From: an uncultured bacterium
GTDB taxonomy: Bacteria; Patescibacteriota; Minisyncoccia; Phycocordibacterales; UBA6065
Direction of reading: 5' to 3'
Assembly (NCBI GenBank): GCA_966243015.1
Contig: CBIMES010000001.1
Location: 298,076 to 362,075 of the forward strand
DNA length: 64,000 bases
In this document: one piece after another, positions 44,286 to 57,497 of the stretch
Position numbering within the stretch: the stretch's first letter is position 1
How the letters are laid out: the number at the start of each line of letters is the position of its first letter
Program-made: the position numbers and the translations under genes
Notes under the pieces: model-generated
The model's database searches: none
What the model was told of the DNA's origin: nothing
Seen by the model: the letters and a program-made list of their open reading frames with translations, nothing else

Positions 44286-45119
44286 TTACGAGCAGACCGA
44301 CTCAATCTCCTCCATGACGGCGGGGATCTTCTTGGCATCGATGCCAAGAGTGGTCAGGACGTCGGCGCGGGCCTTCACGTCCTTGCAGAGGATGAGGCCC
44401 GCGCCGAGAAGGGCGTGCTTCTCTACCTGCGAGAGCGTCGTGAGAGCGGTCAAAGGGTGAAGGTTTGCGTCGGCGATGAGCTCTTCGAGATTTCCCTTCT
44501 CAGGATAGTTCCAGCCAACAAGGCCGAGACCCTGGCACTTGGCGTAGCGAATGGCGTGATCCGTGAACTTGGTGTTAGTGAAGAGGTGCCACGAGGTGAG
44601 TTTCCTCTTCTTGCCGCCGAACTCGAAGGTCTCCGTCTTTAGGTCATCGAAGCGGGCCTTCACATAGAGGGCAACCTTGAGGTCCGACTTGAGACCGGGC
44701 TCGTTGTGGAACTTCGCCTCGACCATGACGAGCTCGTCGCCCTTCCAGGCGACCACGTCCATCTCGTGCTCGACGCACTTGCCGTACACGACCTGACCGG
44801 TCAGGGCCTCGTAGCCCTGAGCCTTGAAGATCTCGGCGACGAACTTCTCGAAGGGAAAGCCGTTGGGACCAAGATCTGAGACCGCGCGCTTCATCGAGTA
44901 CCTGACGGCCATCGGCTTCGACGAGGTGCGGAGGAGGTCAAAGGCGTGTCGGTAGATGTCGTTGGTCGTGATGCCGTCGACGAGCTCGGCCTCGATATGG
45001 TTGGTGATGTGGCTCGCCTGCTCGGTGGTCGCACCGGCGCCGCGAAGCGAGCTGACGAGCTTGGATGGGTCAAACGGCTCTCGCTGGCCGTTGAGCTTGG
45101 TTACCAGTATCTGTGACAT
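44286..45119 (-). CDS. ATP-cone domain protein fused to a PD-(D/E)xK (Mrr-like) nuclease domain
   Basis: N-terminal ATP-cone (MSQILVTKLNGQREPFDPSKL..). Central ..EMDVVAWKGDELVMVEAKFH.. (D...E.K). Confidence 0.55.
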   Translation of the reverse strand: MSQILVTKLNGQREPFDPSKLVSSLRGAGATTEQASHITNHIEAELVDGITTNDIYRHAFDLLRTSSKPMAVRYSMKRAVSDLGPNGFPFEKFVAEIFKAQGYEALTGQVVYGKCVEHEMDVVAWKGDELVMVEAKFHNEPGLKSDLKVALYVKARFDDLKTETFEFGGKKRKLTSWHLFTNTKFTDHAIRYAKCQGLGLVGWNYPEKGNLEELIADANLHPLTALTTLSQVEKHALLGAGLILCKDVKARADVLTTLGIDAKKIPAVMEEIESVCS

Positions 45120-45190
45120 GGGGCTAGTATATCAAATGTGGGAAAAGAAAAAGGCCGCACCTTACGGTGCGGCCTGAACCGAGAGAAGAC

Positions 45191-45886
45191 CTATCCAGCC
45201 TCCGAAACGCTGGGAGACGCCAATACCATGAGCATCTCCTCGTCCTCTGTTACGAGGCCAAACGATCCGAGAAGACGGAGGTCACCCCTGAACTCCCGCA
45301 GGGCCTCCGTGTGCGCGGCCTTGATACCAGAGAGCTGGGTCTCAATCCCAAAGAGCTCATGCCCCTGAGCGCCGCCCGCGCGACGCTCGTCATACTGAGC
45401 CTGAAGCCTGTCGACCCCGTCTTTGAGCACGACGATCTTGCCTGCCGCGGCCAGCATCCTGTCGCGACAGTCCTCCTTCAGGTAATGGAGGCTCGTCTTC
45501 GCAGGGATCAGGTAACCAGACTCCCTAAGGGCGTCGAGGCGCTCGAGCTCGTCCTCCGTCCTCTCGTCGAGGAACACGAACGGCTTGAAGAACGCCGTCC
45601 TGAGATACACCGCGATTCCCAGGGTCAGGCACGAGAACATGGCAACAAGTATCAGAACAATATCGAGCCATCGTATGTCGACGACTTTCGCCCACAGGAA
45701 CACCGAGCCCGACGCGAGGGCGCCGAGGGCCAGCGCCACGAGGAGATATCTGCGACGCTCCTCAATAGTCTCGTGGGCCTCCTTGACGAAGGCCCTGAGC
45801 TGATCGCTGAAAAGATAGTCCGGAAAGAGGACTACCAGAGAGACGAATTCGCTAACGTGCATTCTTCCTTGGCTTGCATCCTTCAT
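45191..45886 (-). CDS. Hypothetical membrane protein
   Basis: Two clear TM helices. The overlapping plus-strand ORF 45167..45994 looks like an antisense artefact (Arg/Glu-rich). Confidence 0.4.
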   Translation of the reverse strand: MKDASQGRMHVSEFVSLVVLFPDYLFSDQLRAFVKEAHETIEERRRYLLVALALGALASGSVFLWAKVVDIRWLDIVLILVAMFSCLTLGIAVYLRTAFFKPFVFLDERTEDELERLDALRESGYLIPAKTSLHYLKEDCRDRMLAAAGKIVVLKDGVDRLQAQYDERRAGGAQGHELFGIETQLSGIKAAHTEALREFRGDLRLLGSFGLVTEDEEMLMVLASPSVSEAG

Positions 45887-46025
45887 GTGTGTGAACCTTC
45901 TCCGGCAACGCCGGATTCTGCCTTCCTCGGACGATCTGGACGAATCGCCTCAAAGAAAACAGCGCCGTACTTGGGATGTTCGGGCGCAGAATGACTATTC
46001 TTACTATATTATATCACAAATTACC

Positions 46026-47126
46026 TTAGTTTACAATACCTCCGCCCACACAGACCTCGCCGTCGTAGACCACGACGGACTGACCCGCCTGGGCGACGAC
46101 GGGGGCATCGAAGGAGAGCTCGGCGCCGTGAATCGACACGGAGGCGAATGAGCACGGGAGCAGGTCCCCGAGATGCCTGACTCTCGCCGCATACTTCTTC
46201 CCCACATGAGGAACCTCCCCCATCCAGTTTGCCGCCACGAGCGAGACGGTGAATCTCTCGGCGGACAGGGTTCCGTCTGGCGCCCTGTGCGACACCGTGA
46301 CGGTATTCGCGCCGATGTCCCGATCGACGACATAGTACGGCGTATCCCCAGGCGACTTCTCGGTCACGGTGAAGCCTCGCCTCTCGCCCATCGTCAGGAA
46401 CACGGCACCGTCATGATGGCCGATGACCTTACCAGCCTCGTCGAGCACGTCACCGCGCCGAGACTCGATATAGTGACCGAGGAACTCCTTCATGTCCACC
46501 TTGCCGACGAAGCACAGTCCCTGGCTGTCACGCTTTTCGGCAACGGGCAGCCTGAACTTCCGCGCCAGCCTGCGGGTCTCGCCCTTATCCATGTCACCCA
46601 CGGGAAACATGACCTTCGCAAACCTCTCGGCAGAGAGCTGCCAAAGGAAATACGACTGATCTTTGCCCTGATCGCGACCGACAAGCAGCCTGGCGCCAGA
46701 AACGCCATGAGGTTCGGTCTCAACGCGCGCGTAATGACCCGTCGCGACAAAGTCAGCGCCCTGTGCCATGGCCCAGTCATAGAAGCCGCCGAACTTCACG
46801 TGACGATTACACATCACGTCGGGGTTCGGAGTCCTTCCCGCCCTGTACTCGGCGATCATGTAGTCAACAACCTCCCTCTTGTACTCAGCCTCAAGGTCGA
46901 TAGTCACGAAGGGAATGTCCAGGACGGCGGCGACCCGCATGGCGTCGAGCCTATCCTCGCGCCAAGTGCATTCCATCCAGTCCGGCTGCCAGACCTTGAT
47001 GAACACCCCCGTCACGTCAAAGCCTCGCTCCTTGAGGAGAGCCGCGGAAACCGATGAGTCAACCCCGCCGGACATGCCGACGAAGACTTTTTTTCGCGAT
47101 GGCTTCATGGCCTCTGTATACACCAA
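46026..47126 (-). CDS. mnmA: tRNA-specific 2-thiouridylase MnmA
   Basis: PP-loop VFVGMSGGVDSSVSA and the MnmA C-terminal domains. Confidence 0.9.
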   Translation of the reverse strand: MVYTEAMKPSRKKVFVGMSGGVDSSVSAALLKERGFDVTGVFIKVWQPDWMECTWREDRLDAMRVAAVLDIPFVTIDLEAEYKREVVDYMIAEYRAGRTPNPDVMCNRHVKFGGFYDWAMAQGADFVATGHYARVETEPHGVSGARLLVGRDQGKDQSYFLWQLSAERFAKVMFPVGDMDKGETRRLARKFRLPVAEKRDSQGLCFVGKVDMKEFLGHYIESRRGDVLDEAGKVIGHHDGAVFLTMGERRGFTVTEKSPGDTPYYVVDRDIGANTVTVSHRAPDGTLSAERFTVSLVAANWMGEVPHVGKKYAARVRHLGDLLPCSFASVSIHGAELSFDAPVVAQAGQSVVVYDGEVCVGGGIVN

Positions 47127-47134
47127 AAGAACCC

Positions 47135-48232
47135 CTATCTCAAATACCTTTCCTTGTTCGCCACGTGCCCGTCATGGGTCGCGGCATAGCGCATGACGCC
47201 GTCATTATCCGTCAGATAGTAGAAATACTGCGAGGCAACAGGCGTAACGGTTGCCCTAATCGAATCAAGCCCGGGATTCGAGATCGGCCCCGGCGGAAGC
47301 CCCCTGTTCACGTACGTGTTGTACGGGTTCTCAATCTTGAGATCGTCGAGGGTGAGGTCAGAGCTCGCCGACTTTCCATTCACCTTGGCAAAGGCAGCGT
47401 CCACCTGCAGAGGCATGTCGATCGAGAGACGCTTCCAGAGTATGCCCGCGATCATGCGGCGCGACTCCTCGGTGCGAGCCTCGTCCTCGATGATCGACGC
47501 CATGGTAATGACATCCTTGATGGGCTTGCCGAAAGCCTTGATCTCAGACTCGAGGGCGACGATACGACGCTGGTAGTTGTCAGTCATGGCCTTGAGCACC
47601 TGCTCGGGCGCGACGTTCGGCAGGAAGAGATACGTGTCGGGGAAAAGGTAACCCTCGTACGGCGAGGCAATCCTCAGGAACTCGTCTGCGTCAAAGGTGT
47701 TAAACGTCTCGCCGAGGCGCACGGCGATCTCCTCCACGTTCAGACCCTCGGGAATGGTCACGCGCACGTTCTCGAGTCCATATTGGCCGCGAGAGAGCCT
47801 CCAGGCGATGCCGATGACGCCCTGCTTCTCGGGAAGATAATAGTCTCCGGCGGCAAGACCCTTGCTGCCGGCAAAGAAGGTCAGGAATGCCTTGAAGAGG
47901 AACGGGGACCTGATGATCTCCTGGGCGTCGAGTCCTCGGGCCGCCCCCGAGAGCGTCTCCCCCTTCTCCACGACAAACACCTCTCCGACGGGAAAACCTC
48001 CCGGCGCAGAAGCCGCGAAGCCGAAAGACGCGAGGGCAAGAGCAAAAAGGGCGAGACCCGCGACGATAACACGTCGCGGAGACAGGGACGAAGGCAGTCG
48101 ATGCCACCACTTCGGCGCGGGAAGCTCGAGGTGTCGCTCCGCCTCGGCGGGCATCGCGGGAGCGACCGAGTCCGAGACGCGAGGAGGAATCGGATCTGGG
48201 CTCTCCGGTATGTAGTTCAGAGGTTCGTCCAT
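47135..48232 (-). CDS. mltG: Endolytic murein transglycosylase MltG (YceG-like)
   Basis: N-terminal TM, then YceG domain (..IIEDEARTEESRRMIAGILWKRL..). Confidence 0.85.
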   Translation of the reverse strand: MDEPLNYIPESPDPIPPRVSDSVAPAMPAEAERHLELPAPKWWHRLPSSLSPRRVIVAGLALFALALASFGFAASAPGGFPVGEVFVVEKGETLSGAARGLDAQEIIRSPFLFKAFLTFFAGSKGLAAGDYYLPEKQGVIGIAWRLSRGQYGLENVRVTIPEGLNVEEIAVRLGETFNTFDADEFLRIASPYEGYLFPDTYLFLPNVAPEQVLKAMTDNYQRRIVALESEIKAFGKPIKDVITMASIIEDEARTEESRRMIAGILWKRLSIDMPLQVDAAFAKVNGKSASSDLTLDDLKIENPYNTYVNRGLPPGPISNPGLDSIRATVTPVASQYFYYLTDNDGVMRYAATHDGHVANKERYLR

Positions 48233-48237
48233 GGTGG

Positions 48238-49512
48238 TTATACGGGAAGGTTCGAAGGCGCGTCCGCTCGCTTCGATGGGATGCGCTTGAGGCTTGGGGT
48301 CCTGACGGCGCTGCCTGGGAAGTGGAAGAGGGTCGCGAGCTCCTCGGTGTTGAGAACGGTCACCTCGGCCTCGTCGTCGTGCGGATAGTGGAAGAAGCCG
48401 CGCGCGCAGTACGCCGCGAAGTGCTCCATCTTACGCTTGAGGAGTTTCTTGCCGGTCCAGTCCTGCCACTTGTAGTCAAAGGCCATGGGCTTGTGCGGCT
48501 TGAAGCCGTTGAGGTGCGGCGCGTTGAACTGCTTGAAGGATCCGGTGAGGCCTCCGCCGTTGCCCTTGTCAAAGATGTCCTTCGGGGCGATGTAGATGAT
48601 GCGGATGCCCGCGTCGAAGGCGTACTTCGACACGCTGCGCTCGATTGCCTCGATGCGCTCTTTCTGAGCGGTGGTGAGCTTCACCGAGTTCGGGATCTTG
48701 TTTCCGTCGGCGTCCTCAACGGCAGCCTCCTCGATGACCTTCTTGATGAGCTCCTTCGCCTCGTCCTTCCACTCGTCGGGATACTTTCCGCCCGCGATTT
48801 CGATCGGCGCTCCGCCCGTCGGATTCTTCTCGGCGGTGTGGGCGCGAATGACGAACTGCACCCATGCCTGATGACCCTTCTTGAGGGTTCCCATGAACTC
48901 GATGAGCGGCGCGAGAGGGTCAACCTTGAACTCCTCGTCGGGATCCTTGTCGAGGCCGTAGTCGACATACGTCTTGATCGGCAGAGGGTCTGGGCCCGTC
49001 GGCGCGAACTGACAGCCGGCAAGGTCGTACTTGGCAGGGTCAAAGAACACCTTCTCGGTATAGTCGTCGACCTGATGGATCTCGACGTCGGGATACTGGG
49101 CGTAGATGTTCGCCTCGACGACCGAGCGCTGGCTCTTGAAGGTCCAGATATAGAAATGAATCTCGCCGTCGATTGACGCTATCTCGAGCGAGAACCAGAC
49201 GCGGGACTTTCCGTCCCAGTATCGGTCGATAGGAGTGCCCTCGCCTCCGGTCTGGTAGAGGCTGAGAAGCACCAGCTCCATGGCCTTCGGCGACTTGGTC
49301 GTCTCCGCGGGCAGCTTGATTTCAAGAAGAACCTTCTCCTGCTTCATGTCCCAGGCGTAGCGGACGTACCTGACCCACATGTGCCAAGCGTACTGGAAGA
49401 TGATGAGGGGAATCCATATCGCGGCAAAGAGAAACAGCCAGCGCGAGACCTCAGGTATGGCGACGTTCGCCAAAAATTCGACAAAGGCCTGAATGTAGAT
49501 TGAGTCCATCAC
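48238..49512 (-). CDS. Hypothetical membrane-anchored protein
   Basis: 424 aa with an N-terminal TM pair. No recognised domain. Confidence 0.5.
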   Translation of the reverse strand: MMDSIYIQAFVEFLANVAIPEVSRWLFLFAAIWIPLIIFQYAWHMWVRYVRYAWDMKQEKVLLEIKLPAETTKSPKAMELVLLSLYQTGGEGTPIDRYWDGKSRVWFSLEIASIDGEIHFYIWTFKSQRSVVEANIYAQYPDVEIHQVDDYTEKVFFDPAKYDLAGCQFAPTGPDPLPIKTYVDYGLDKDPDEEFKVDPLAPLIEFMGTLKKGHQAWVQFVIRAHTAEKNPTGGAPIEIAGGKYPDEWKDEAKELIKKVIEEAAVEDADGNKIPNSVKLTTAQKERIEAIERSVSKYAFDAGIRIIYIAPKDIFDKGNGGGLTGSFKQFNAPHLNGFKPHKPMAFDYKWQDWTGKKLLKRKMEHFAAYCARGFFHYPHDDEAEVTVLNTEELATLFHFPGSAVRTPSLKRIPSKRADAPSNLPV

Positions 49513-49569
49513 GACGTAAAGTATACCACAATGAAAAAACCGCCGAGATTTCTCTCGGCGGTTTTTTGT

Positions 49570-50598
49570 TTAGGCGATCGAGTACTTCCCCTCCTTGTCC
49601 TTCTTGAAATACTTCGGGTTCTGGAGATTGACGAGGATGGTGTTCTCCTTGACGTATCGCTCCTTGAGCACCTTCTCGATAACCTCCTTCTTGGTGAGGG
49701 GGCCGTTCTTCTCGATGACGTTCCTGATGACGTCCTTCACCACTCCCGACATGTAACCCCACTCGGAGAGGGCGTAGAGGCCGCGGCCGACGAGCACGAA
49801 GCGAGGATCCTTGATGAGCTCATTGTGAGTCGTCGCGACGTGGGCCGTCTTGCCGAACATCTTCTGGATCTGCTTCGCGACCTCGCGGAAGTGAATCGGC
49901 GATCCGTGCTTGCGGATGACGAGGAAGGCATAGTCTCGCATGCCCTTGGCCTTGATATTCGATGAGTGTGACACTCCCCACTCGCCCAAAGGATTCTTAC
50001 CGACCTTCTTCGAGACCGAGAGCCATCGCTTGAGGATCTCCTCGTTCCTGAACTGGTCATTCATGTCCTCGATGTGGTTGAGGAAGGTGTCGATCATCTC
50101 AGACTCAGGGATGATGTCGTCGTCCTTGAGGTTCTTGTAGAGCTTTCGGAGGGCCTCCTCGATCTTCTTCGAGTGATTGTCGTCGATGTGCCACCTGTGC
50201 TTGAAATGCTCGTCCTCCTTCTGCCACTTGAACGCCCGTCCGAGGACCAGGAGGAAGTAAACGTGGTTCTGGGTGCTCTTGTCCTTTGAGACTACGTCGA
50301 GAAGATCCTCCTCGGCGATGAGACCGCCCATAGAGTGGACCATGGTCTCGAGCTCCTTAAAGGCGGGGGCCTGAGCCTCGTACTCCTTCGACTTCTGAAT
50401 GTTCGAGATAGCGTAGTTCTCGATCTGGCGAACGCGCTCTCGCGTGATGCCGTACGACTTTCCAATAGCTTCGAGCGTCATCTTCTCGGTGTCCTTGCCG
50501 AGGCCGTAGCGTCGGGTGATTACTTCCTGCGCTCGGTCAGGGAGGCTCTTGAGAAGTGCTTTGACGATCTGCTTTGGTTTAATCGTGAGAGAATTCAT
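49570..50598 (-). CDS. Sigma-70 region-4-like HTH domain protein
   Basis: N-terminal TLEAIGKSYGITRERVRQIENYAI resembles sigma70 region 4. Confidence 0.55.
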   Translation of the reverse strand: MNSLTIKPKQIVKALLKSLPDRAQEVITRRYGLGKDTEKMTLEAIGKSYGITRERVRQIENYAISNIQKSKEYEAQAPAFKELETMVHSMGGLIAEEDLLDVVSKDKSTQNHVYFLLVLGRAFKWQKEDEHFKHRWHIDDNHSKKIEEALRKLYKNLKDDDIIPESEMIDTFLNHIEDMNDQFRNEEILKRWLSVSKKVGKNPLGEWGVSHSSNIKAKGMRDYAFLVIRKHGSPIHFREVAKQIQKMFGKTAHVATTHNELIKDPRFVLVGRGLYALSEWGYMSGVVKDVIRNVIEKNGPLTKKEVIEKVLKERYVKENTILVNLQNPKYFKKDKEGKYSIA

Positions 50599-50669
50599 AC
50601 TTATTCTTTTATCATTGGTTCCATGTTACGTCAAGGACACACCCGTGTCAAGGGTCGTGTCAATGTTCT

Positions 50670-53549
<2,880 letters not shown>

Positions 53550-53558
53550 GGACGGAAA

Positions 53559-54533
53559 TTAGCGGACGGGCGACACGGGAACAGCGACGCCCTTCTCGCG
53601 GAGGACTGGGTAAATCTGAGGGTCGATAGTTCGCTCGAAGCAGTGCTCCCCTGCTGGGTGTCGCCAGTTAGACTCGCCCGAGATTCCGTACTCGCGGTAC
53701 GAGACCATGCTTTCGACGGCCCGCGCCTCATCATCGGTCGTGTCACGGGCAAACGTCGCGCAGAGTTTGAAAGACTGGGGACCCTGCTTCTGGTAGATAT
53801 ACGCCGCGCCAGTCTCTGGATCCGCCGGAAGCTCGAAGTACGAAATCGTGTCATTGAGCTCAGAGAGCTGAGTCGGGAGCAGACCCTTCTGCTGCCACAC
53901 ATTCACGAGCTGCCACTGAATGTTCTGGAGATCATTCACGCGAGTCTGGTCGAAGCGAATATTGCGAGCGGTCGCCGGAGAGCCCATGACGGCAAAGCCC
54001 CAGACGAGCGAGCCCAGTACGAGGGCAATCGCCGCCGAGATAATGGACCAGGAAACCTTCTTGTTGTCCTCCGTCGGCCTCCTGATGTCATAGATATAGT
54101 AGCCAAAGACCGCGCCTGACACGACGAGAGTCGCGATGACCTTGGCGATAAAGCGGGCGGTAAGCTCGCCCCCGAGGAATACGTTAAGGACCGCGATGAG
54201 GTCGCCTACGACGACGATACCAGCCGCAAAGAGCGTGAGGTATACAAGCCACTTGCGAACCGCCACGTCTTTCTTGGCGGGATTCCTGGCGATATCAACG
54301 CGAATATAGCGCGAGAGAGCAACGTAGATCGGGAAGACGATGATGAGGGACGCAATGGCAAACCTCATGCCACCCGTGTAGCCGTAGGAGTAAACAAGGT
54401 TCACCGCGTCGGGAAAGGTTGCGTTGATAATGGCAAAGAGAAGCGCGAGAAGGCTGCCGGCGCTGACATAAAGGGCAATCATTGCCCCTACCGATACGAA
54501 GAAATCCTTTGGCGTGGTATGTGGTTTGTCCAT
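53559..54533 (-). CDS. Hypothetical polytopic membrane protein
   Basis: About six TM helices plus a C-terminal soluble region. Lies directly downstream of leuS. Confidence 0.5.
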   Translation of the reverse strand: MDKPHTTPKDFFVSVGAMIALYVSAGSLLALLFAIINATFPDAVNLVYSYGYTGGMRFAIASLIIVFPIYVALSRYIRVDIARNPAKKDVAVRKWLVYLTLFAAGIVVVGDLIAVLNVFLGGELTARFIAKVIATLVVSGAVFGYYIYDIRRPTEDNKKVSWSIISAAIALVLGSLVWGFAVMGSPATARNIRFDQTRVNDLQNIQWQLVNVWQQKGLLPTQLSELNDTISYFELPADPETGAAYIYQKQGPQSFKLCATFARDTTDDEARAVESMVSYREYGISGESNWRHPAGEHCFERTIDPQIYPVLREKGVAVPVSPVR

Positions 54534-54685
54534 AGTACGTTTGTATTATGTGATTTGACCATCATACGCCCAAAATGAGAATGGCTCAACCTTTAGCTTT
54601 CTTTTATCAAATTGCAAGCCGTCACATGCTACGATTTTCTCACAGACAGAGAACGCATCATTTATCAGACTAACGAAACAAAAGC

Positions 54686-55003
54686 ATGGATGAATCATCG
54701 CAGACGCTGACGGTAGGGGTATTCAAGGAGATTCTCGCGACGGAACTCAAGGCCGGGCTCGACGCGCTCGAAGCGAGGACTGATAGGAAATTCGAGAGAC
54801 TGGAGTCAAAGATGATGGAGGGATTCGATGCTCTCGATAAGAAAATTGACTTCGTTGACGCGAACCTGAGCGGCAGAATAGACAAGGTTGAGATAGAGCT
54901 CAAGTCCGTGAAGACAGGCGCCGACCGCCAGTATCGCGCTCTCACGTCACAAATCCAGCACCTGGCCCTGACCAAAGCCGACTGGCCTCACGAATCTGCA
55001 TAG
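54686..55003 (+). CDS. Small coiled-coil protein, paralog C
   Basis: KFERLESKMMEGFDALDKKIDFVD and C-terminal LTSQIQHLALTKADW. Confidence 0.55.
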   Translation: MDESSQTLTVGVFKEILATELKAGLDALEARTDRKFERLESKMMEGFDALDKKIDFVDANLSGRIDKVEIELKSVKTGADRQYRALTSQIQHLALTKADWPHESA

Positions 55004-55038
55004 AACGCAAAAGGCCCCTTTCGGGGCCTTTTCTACTT

Positions 55039-55287
55039 TTAGGCGATCGGAGCGGCGTCCGAAGAGCCAGACTCGCACTCCTTGCAGTGCTTTCGGTGGG
55101 TGACGACGAGGTACACCGCCGACACTCCCACGAGAACGTATACAGCGAGCTCGACGATTGGCCACCTATAGAGAATGAGGTCGACCACGTTCCAGTTCTT
55201 TGCGAAGAAGCCGCTGAGTCCGACGAGACCCCAGTTGAGGGCACCAATCCAGACGAGAATCGAGGCAATCTTGTGAAGGATTTTCAT
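55039..55287 (-). CDS. DUF378-like small membrane protein
   Basis: IGALNWGLVGLSGFF motif typical of the DUF378 family. Confidence 0.55.
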   Translation of the reverse strand: MKILHKIASILVWIGALNWGLVGLSGFFAKNWNVVDLILYRWPIVELAVYVLVGVSAVYLVVTHRKHCKECESGSSDAAPIA

Positions 55288-55411
55288 AAAAGTATGGTTA
55301 CGATGATTAAAATATAACTACTTCGGTTACCCATTAAGTATATCAACTTGGCAAGAGTCAACGAGCAAGTTATCCACCATGCAAAAGCCGCCCCTCGGCG
55401 GCCTTTTGGTA

Positions 55412-56506
55412 TTAGATTTTGAATTCGATTACTTCCCCATCCTTCACGACGTACTCCTTGCCCTCGGTCCTGATGAGGCCCTTTTCGCGGGCGGCGCCGT
55501 GGGAGCCGGCGGCAATAAGCTTGTCCCACTCTATGACCTCGGCGCGGACGAACTTGTCCTTGAAATCACCGTGGATGGCGGTTCCCGCCATCGGCGCGGT
55601 CCAGCCCCTCTGGATGGTCCAGCCGCGGGTCTCCTGCTCGCCGGTGGTGAAATAGGTAATGAGACCCAGCATCTCGTAGCTCTTCCTGATGAGGTTGTCG
55701 ATGCCGTTGTCGATGCCGCCGAGGTCTCGCATCTCCTTCTTCTCGTCCTCGGTCATGTCGCGCACGTCGTTCTCGATACCTGCGTCGACGATAACGTAGC
55801 TCGAGCCGCTTGAGGCGAGGAAATCCATGAGCTTCTGGAAGCGCTCATCCTTGGTCTCGTCGAGGTTCACGCCGCCCGACTTCTTGTTGAGCACGTAAAG
55901 GATCTTCTTGGAGGTGAGAAGGTGGAGCGACCTGAGGAACGGCACCTCGACCTCCTCGACAGACACCGACGTTGCCAACTGACCGGCCTCGAGGGCCTTC
56001 TGGAGCCTCTCGAGCAACCCCGCCTCGATGATTGCTTCTTTCTTGCCCGCCTTGATCTCCTTACCAAGGTTTGCGTGTCGCTTGGTGACGGTCTGAAGGT
56101 CCGCCATGATGAGCTCGAGATTGATGACCTCGATGTCCTTCATTGGGTCAATCTTGCCGTCGACGTGAATGATGTCGGTGTCCTCAAAGATGCGGACCAC
56201 CTCGGCTATGGCGTCTGTCTCTCGAATGTTTGAGAGAAATTTGTTTCCGAGGCCCTCTCCGTCGGAGGCGCCCTTCACGAGACCCGCGATGTCCACGAAC
56301 TCGACGGCCGCGGGGACGATCTTCTTGGTCTTGGAGAACTCAGCGAGCTTGTACAGGCGTTCGTCAGGCACGGCAACCACGCCCACCGACGGGTCGATGG
56401 TGGCGAACGGGTAGTTCGCGATGAGCACACCCTTCTTTGTCAGGGCGTTGAACAGGGTTGATTTGCCGACGTTAGGGAGACCGACGATGCCAATTGATAG
56501 TGCCAT
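55412..56506 (-). CDS. ychF: Ribosome-binding ATPase YchF
   Basis: [19 protein letters not shown]-loop and a TGS-like C-terminus. Confidence 0.9.
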   Translation of the reverse strand: MALSIGIVGLPNVGKSTLFNALTKKGVLIANYPFATIDPSVGVVAVPDERLYKLAEFSKTKKIVPAAVEFVDIAGLVKGASDGEGLGNKFLSNIRETDAIAEVVRIFEDTDIIHVDGKIDPMKDIEVINLELIMADLQTVTKRHANLGKEIKAGKKEAIIEAGLLERLQKALEAGQLATSVSVEEVEVPFLRSLHLLTSKKILYVLNKKSGGVNLDETKDERFQKLMDFLASSGSSYVIVDAGIENDVRDMTEDEKKEMRDLGGIDNGIDNLIRKSYEMLGLITYFTTGEQETRGWTIQRGWTAPMAGTAIHGDFKDKFVRAEVIEWDKLIAAGSHGAAREKGLIRTEGKEYVVKDGEVIEFKI

Positions 56507-56551
56507 AGGTTTCCTACGATAGCATTTTGCGACTGGATTTCAAAGGAAAGC

Positions 56552-57136
56552 CTACTTTCCCCTCCTTCCCAGCTTCCCCACCTTCTCCAGAAGCTTGAGT
56601 CGCTGACCGTCCGTCATTTTCTTCATGCCCGAGAACCAAGTCTTGCGTAGTGGCGCGAATCCCGAGAAGCGAAGCACGCCGCGGACATAACTGTTGATGT
56701 TACCGCCGAAGAGGGTCCACAAGAGAAACGGATGGGTGTCTGACGTGACAATGACGCGGGCTGACCTGCCCTTGAGCCGTCGGTACCAGCCCGGGATGAG
56801 GCCCTTCCTGAAGTTGAAGGCGAAACCCGGCATCCACGCACGGTCGATAAGGCCCTTCAAGATGGCTGGCACGTCAGACCACCAAATCGGGAACACCGTG
56901 ACAAAGTGATTCGACCACTTCACGTCCTCCTGAAATTTCACGAGGTCAGGCTCGTATGCCTGGATGACTTTGTAGCCCTTGTGAAGGATCGGATCGAACT
57001 TCATATCAGCGATCTTGGTGAGGCGCACCTCGTGGCCTGCGGCGCGAGCGCCGTCAGCGTACGACTGGGCGAGCGCCGCCGTGAACGAGTCGTTATCCGG
57101 GTTCGCCATGAGGATGAAGATGTTTTTCTTTTTCAT
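56552..57136 (-). CDS. Flavodoxin-like fold NAD(P)H-dependent oxidoreductase
   Basis: MKKKNIFILMANPDNDSF.. N-terminus and overall NAD(P)H dehydrogenase (quinone)-like pattern. Confidence 0.7.
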   Translation of the reverse strand: MKKKNIFILMANPDNDSFTAALAQSYADGARAAGHEVRLTKIADMKFDPILHKGYKVIQAYEPDLVKFQEDVKWSNHFVTVFPIWWSDVPAILKGLIDRAWMPGFAFNFRKGLIPGWYRRLKGRSARVIVTSDTHPFLLWTLFGGNINSYVRGVLRFSGFAPLRKTWFSGMKKMTDGQRLKLLEKVGKLGRRGK

Positions 57137-57215
57137 TGGGTGTGCGCGTGACGAATATTAAGAGAGGGATAAACGCAGAGCGCGCCCTCGGGCGCGCGTC
57201 GTGCGGATGCGAGGG

Positions 57216-57446
57216 CTACTTGCCGCCCATGAGCCTCGAGAGCTCGTCCTTGTGCTTTGCCATGATCTCCATGGCGACCGTCTGCTGGTCCCTGCCAGAC
57301 TTGAGGCCCTCCTGAAGCTCCTTGGCGAGATTCTCGAAGAACTCCGGGTTTCGCTCGACGAGGTCGAGGATCTTCTCCTGCTCAGCCTGAGGGACGTTCT
57401 TGAGCTGAGACTTCATTGCCTGCTTCATGAGAAATCGTTTGAACAT
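57216..57446 (-). CDS. Small hypothetical protein (76 aa)
   Basis: Helical composition. Lies between zwf and the oxidoreductase gene. Confidence 0.4.
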   Translation of the reverse strand: MFKRFLMKQAMKSQLKNVPQAEQEKILDLVERNPEFFENLAKELQEGLKSGRDQQTVAMEIMAKHKDELSRLMGGK

Positions 57447-57497
57447 GGGTGTTTGTGTGGTTATTACGGGTACGGCCAGGGCGCCGGTTTCGTCCTG

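Noticed and set aside
45167-45994. 275-aa plus-strand ORF
   Set aside because: Arg/Glu-rich with no hydrophobic core. The opposing minus ORF has two clean TM helices. Kept only the minus-strand call, at low confidence.
47054-48388. 444-aa plus-strand ORF
   Set aside because: Antisense to mltG and mnmA. Arg-rich low complexity.
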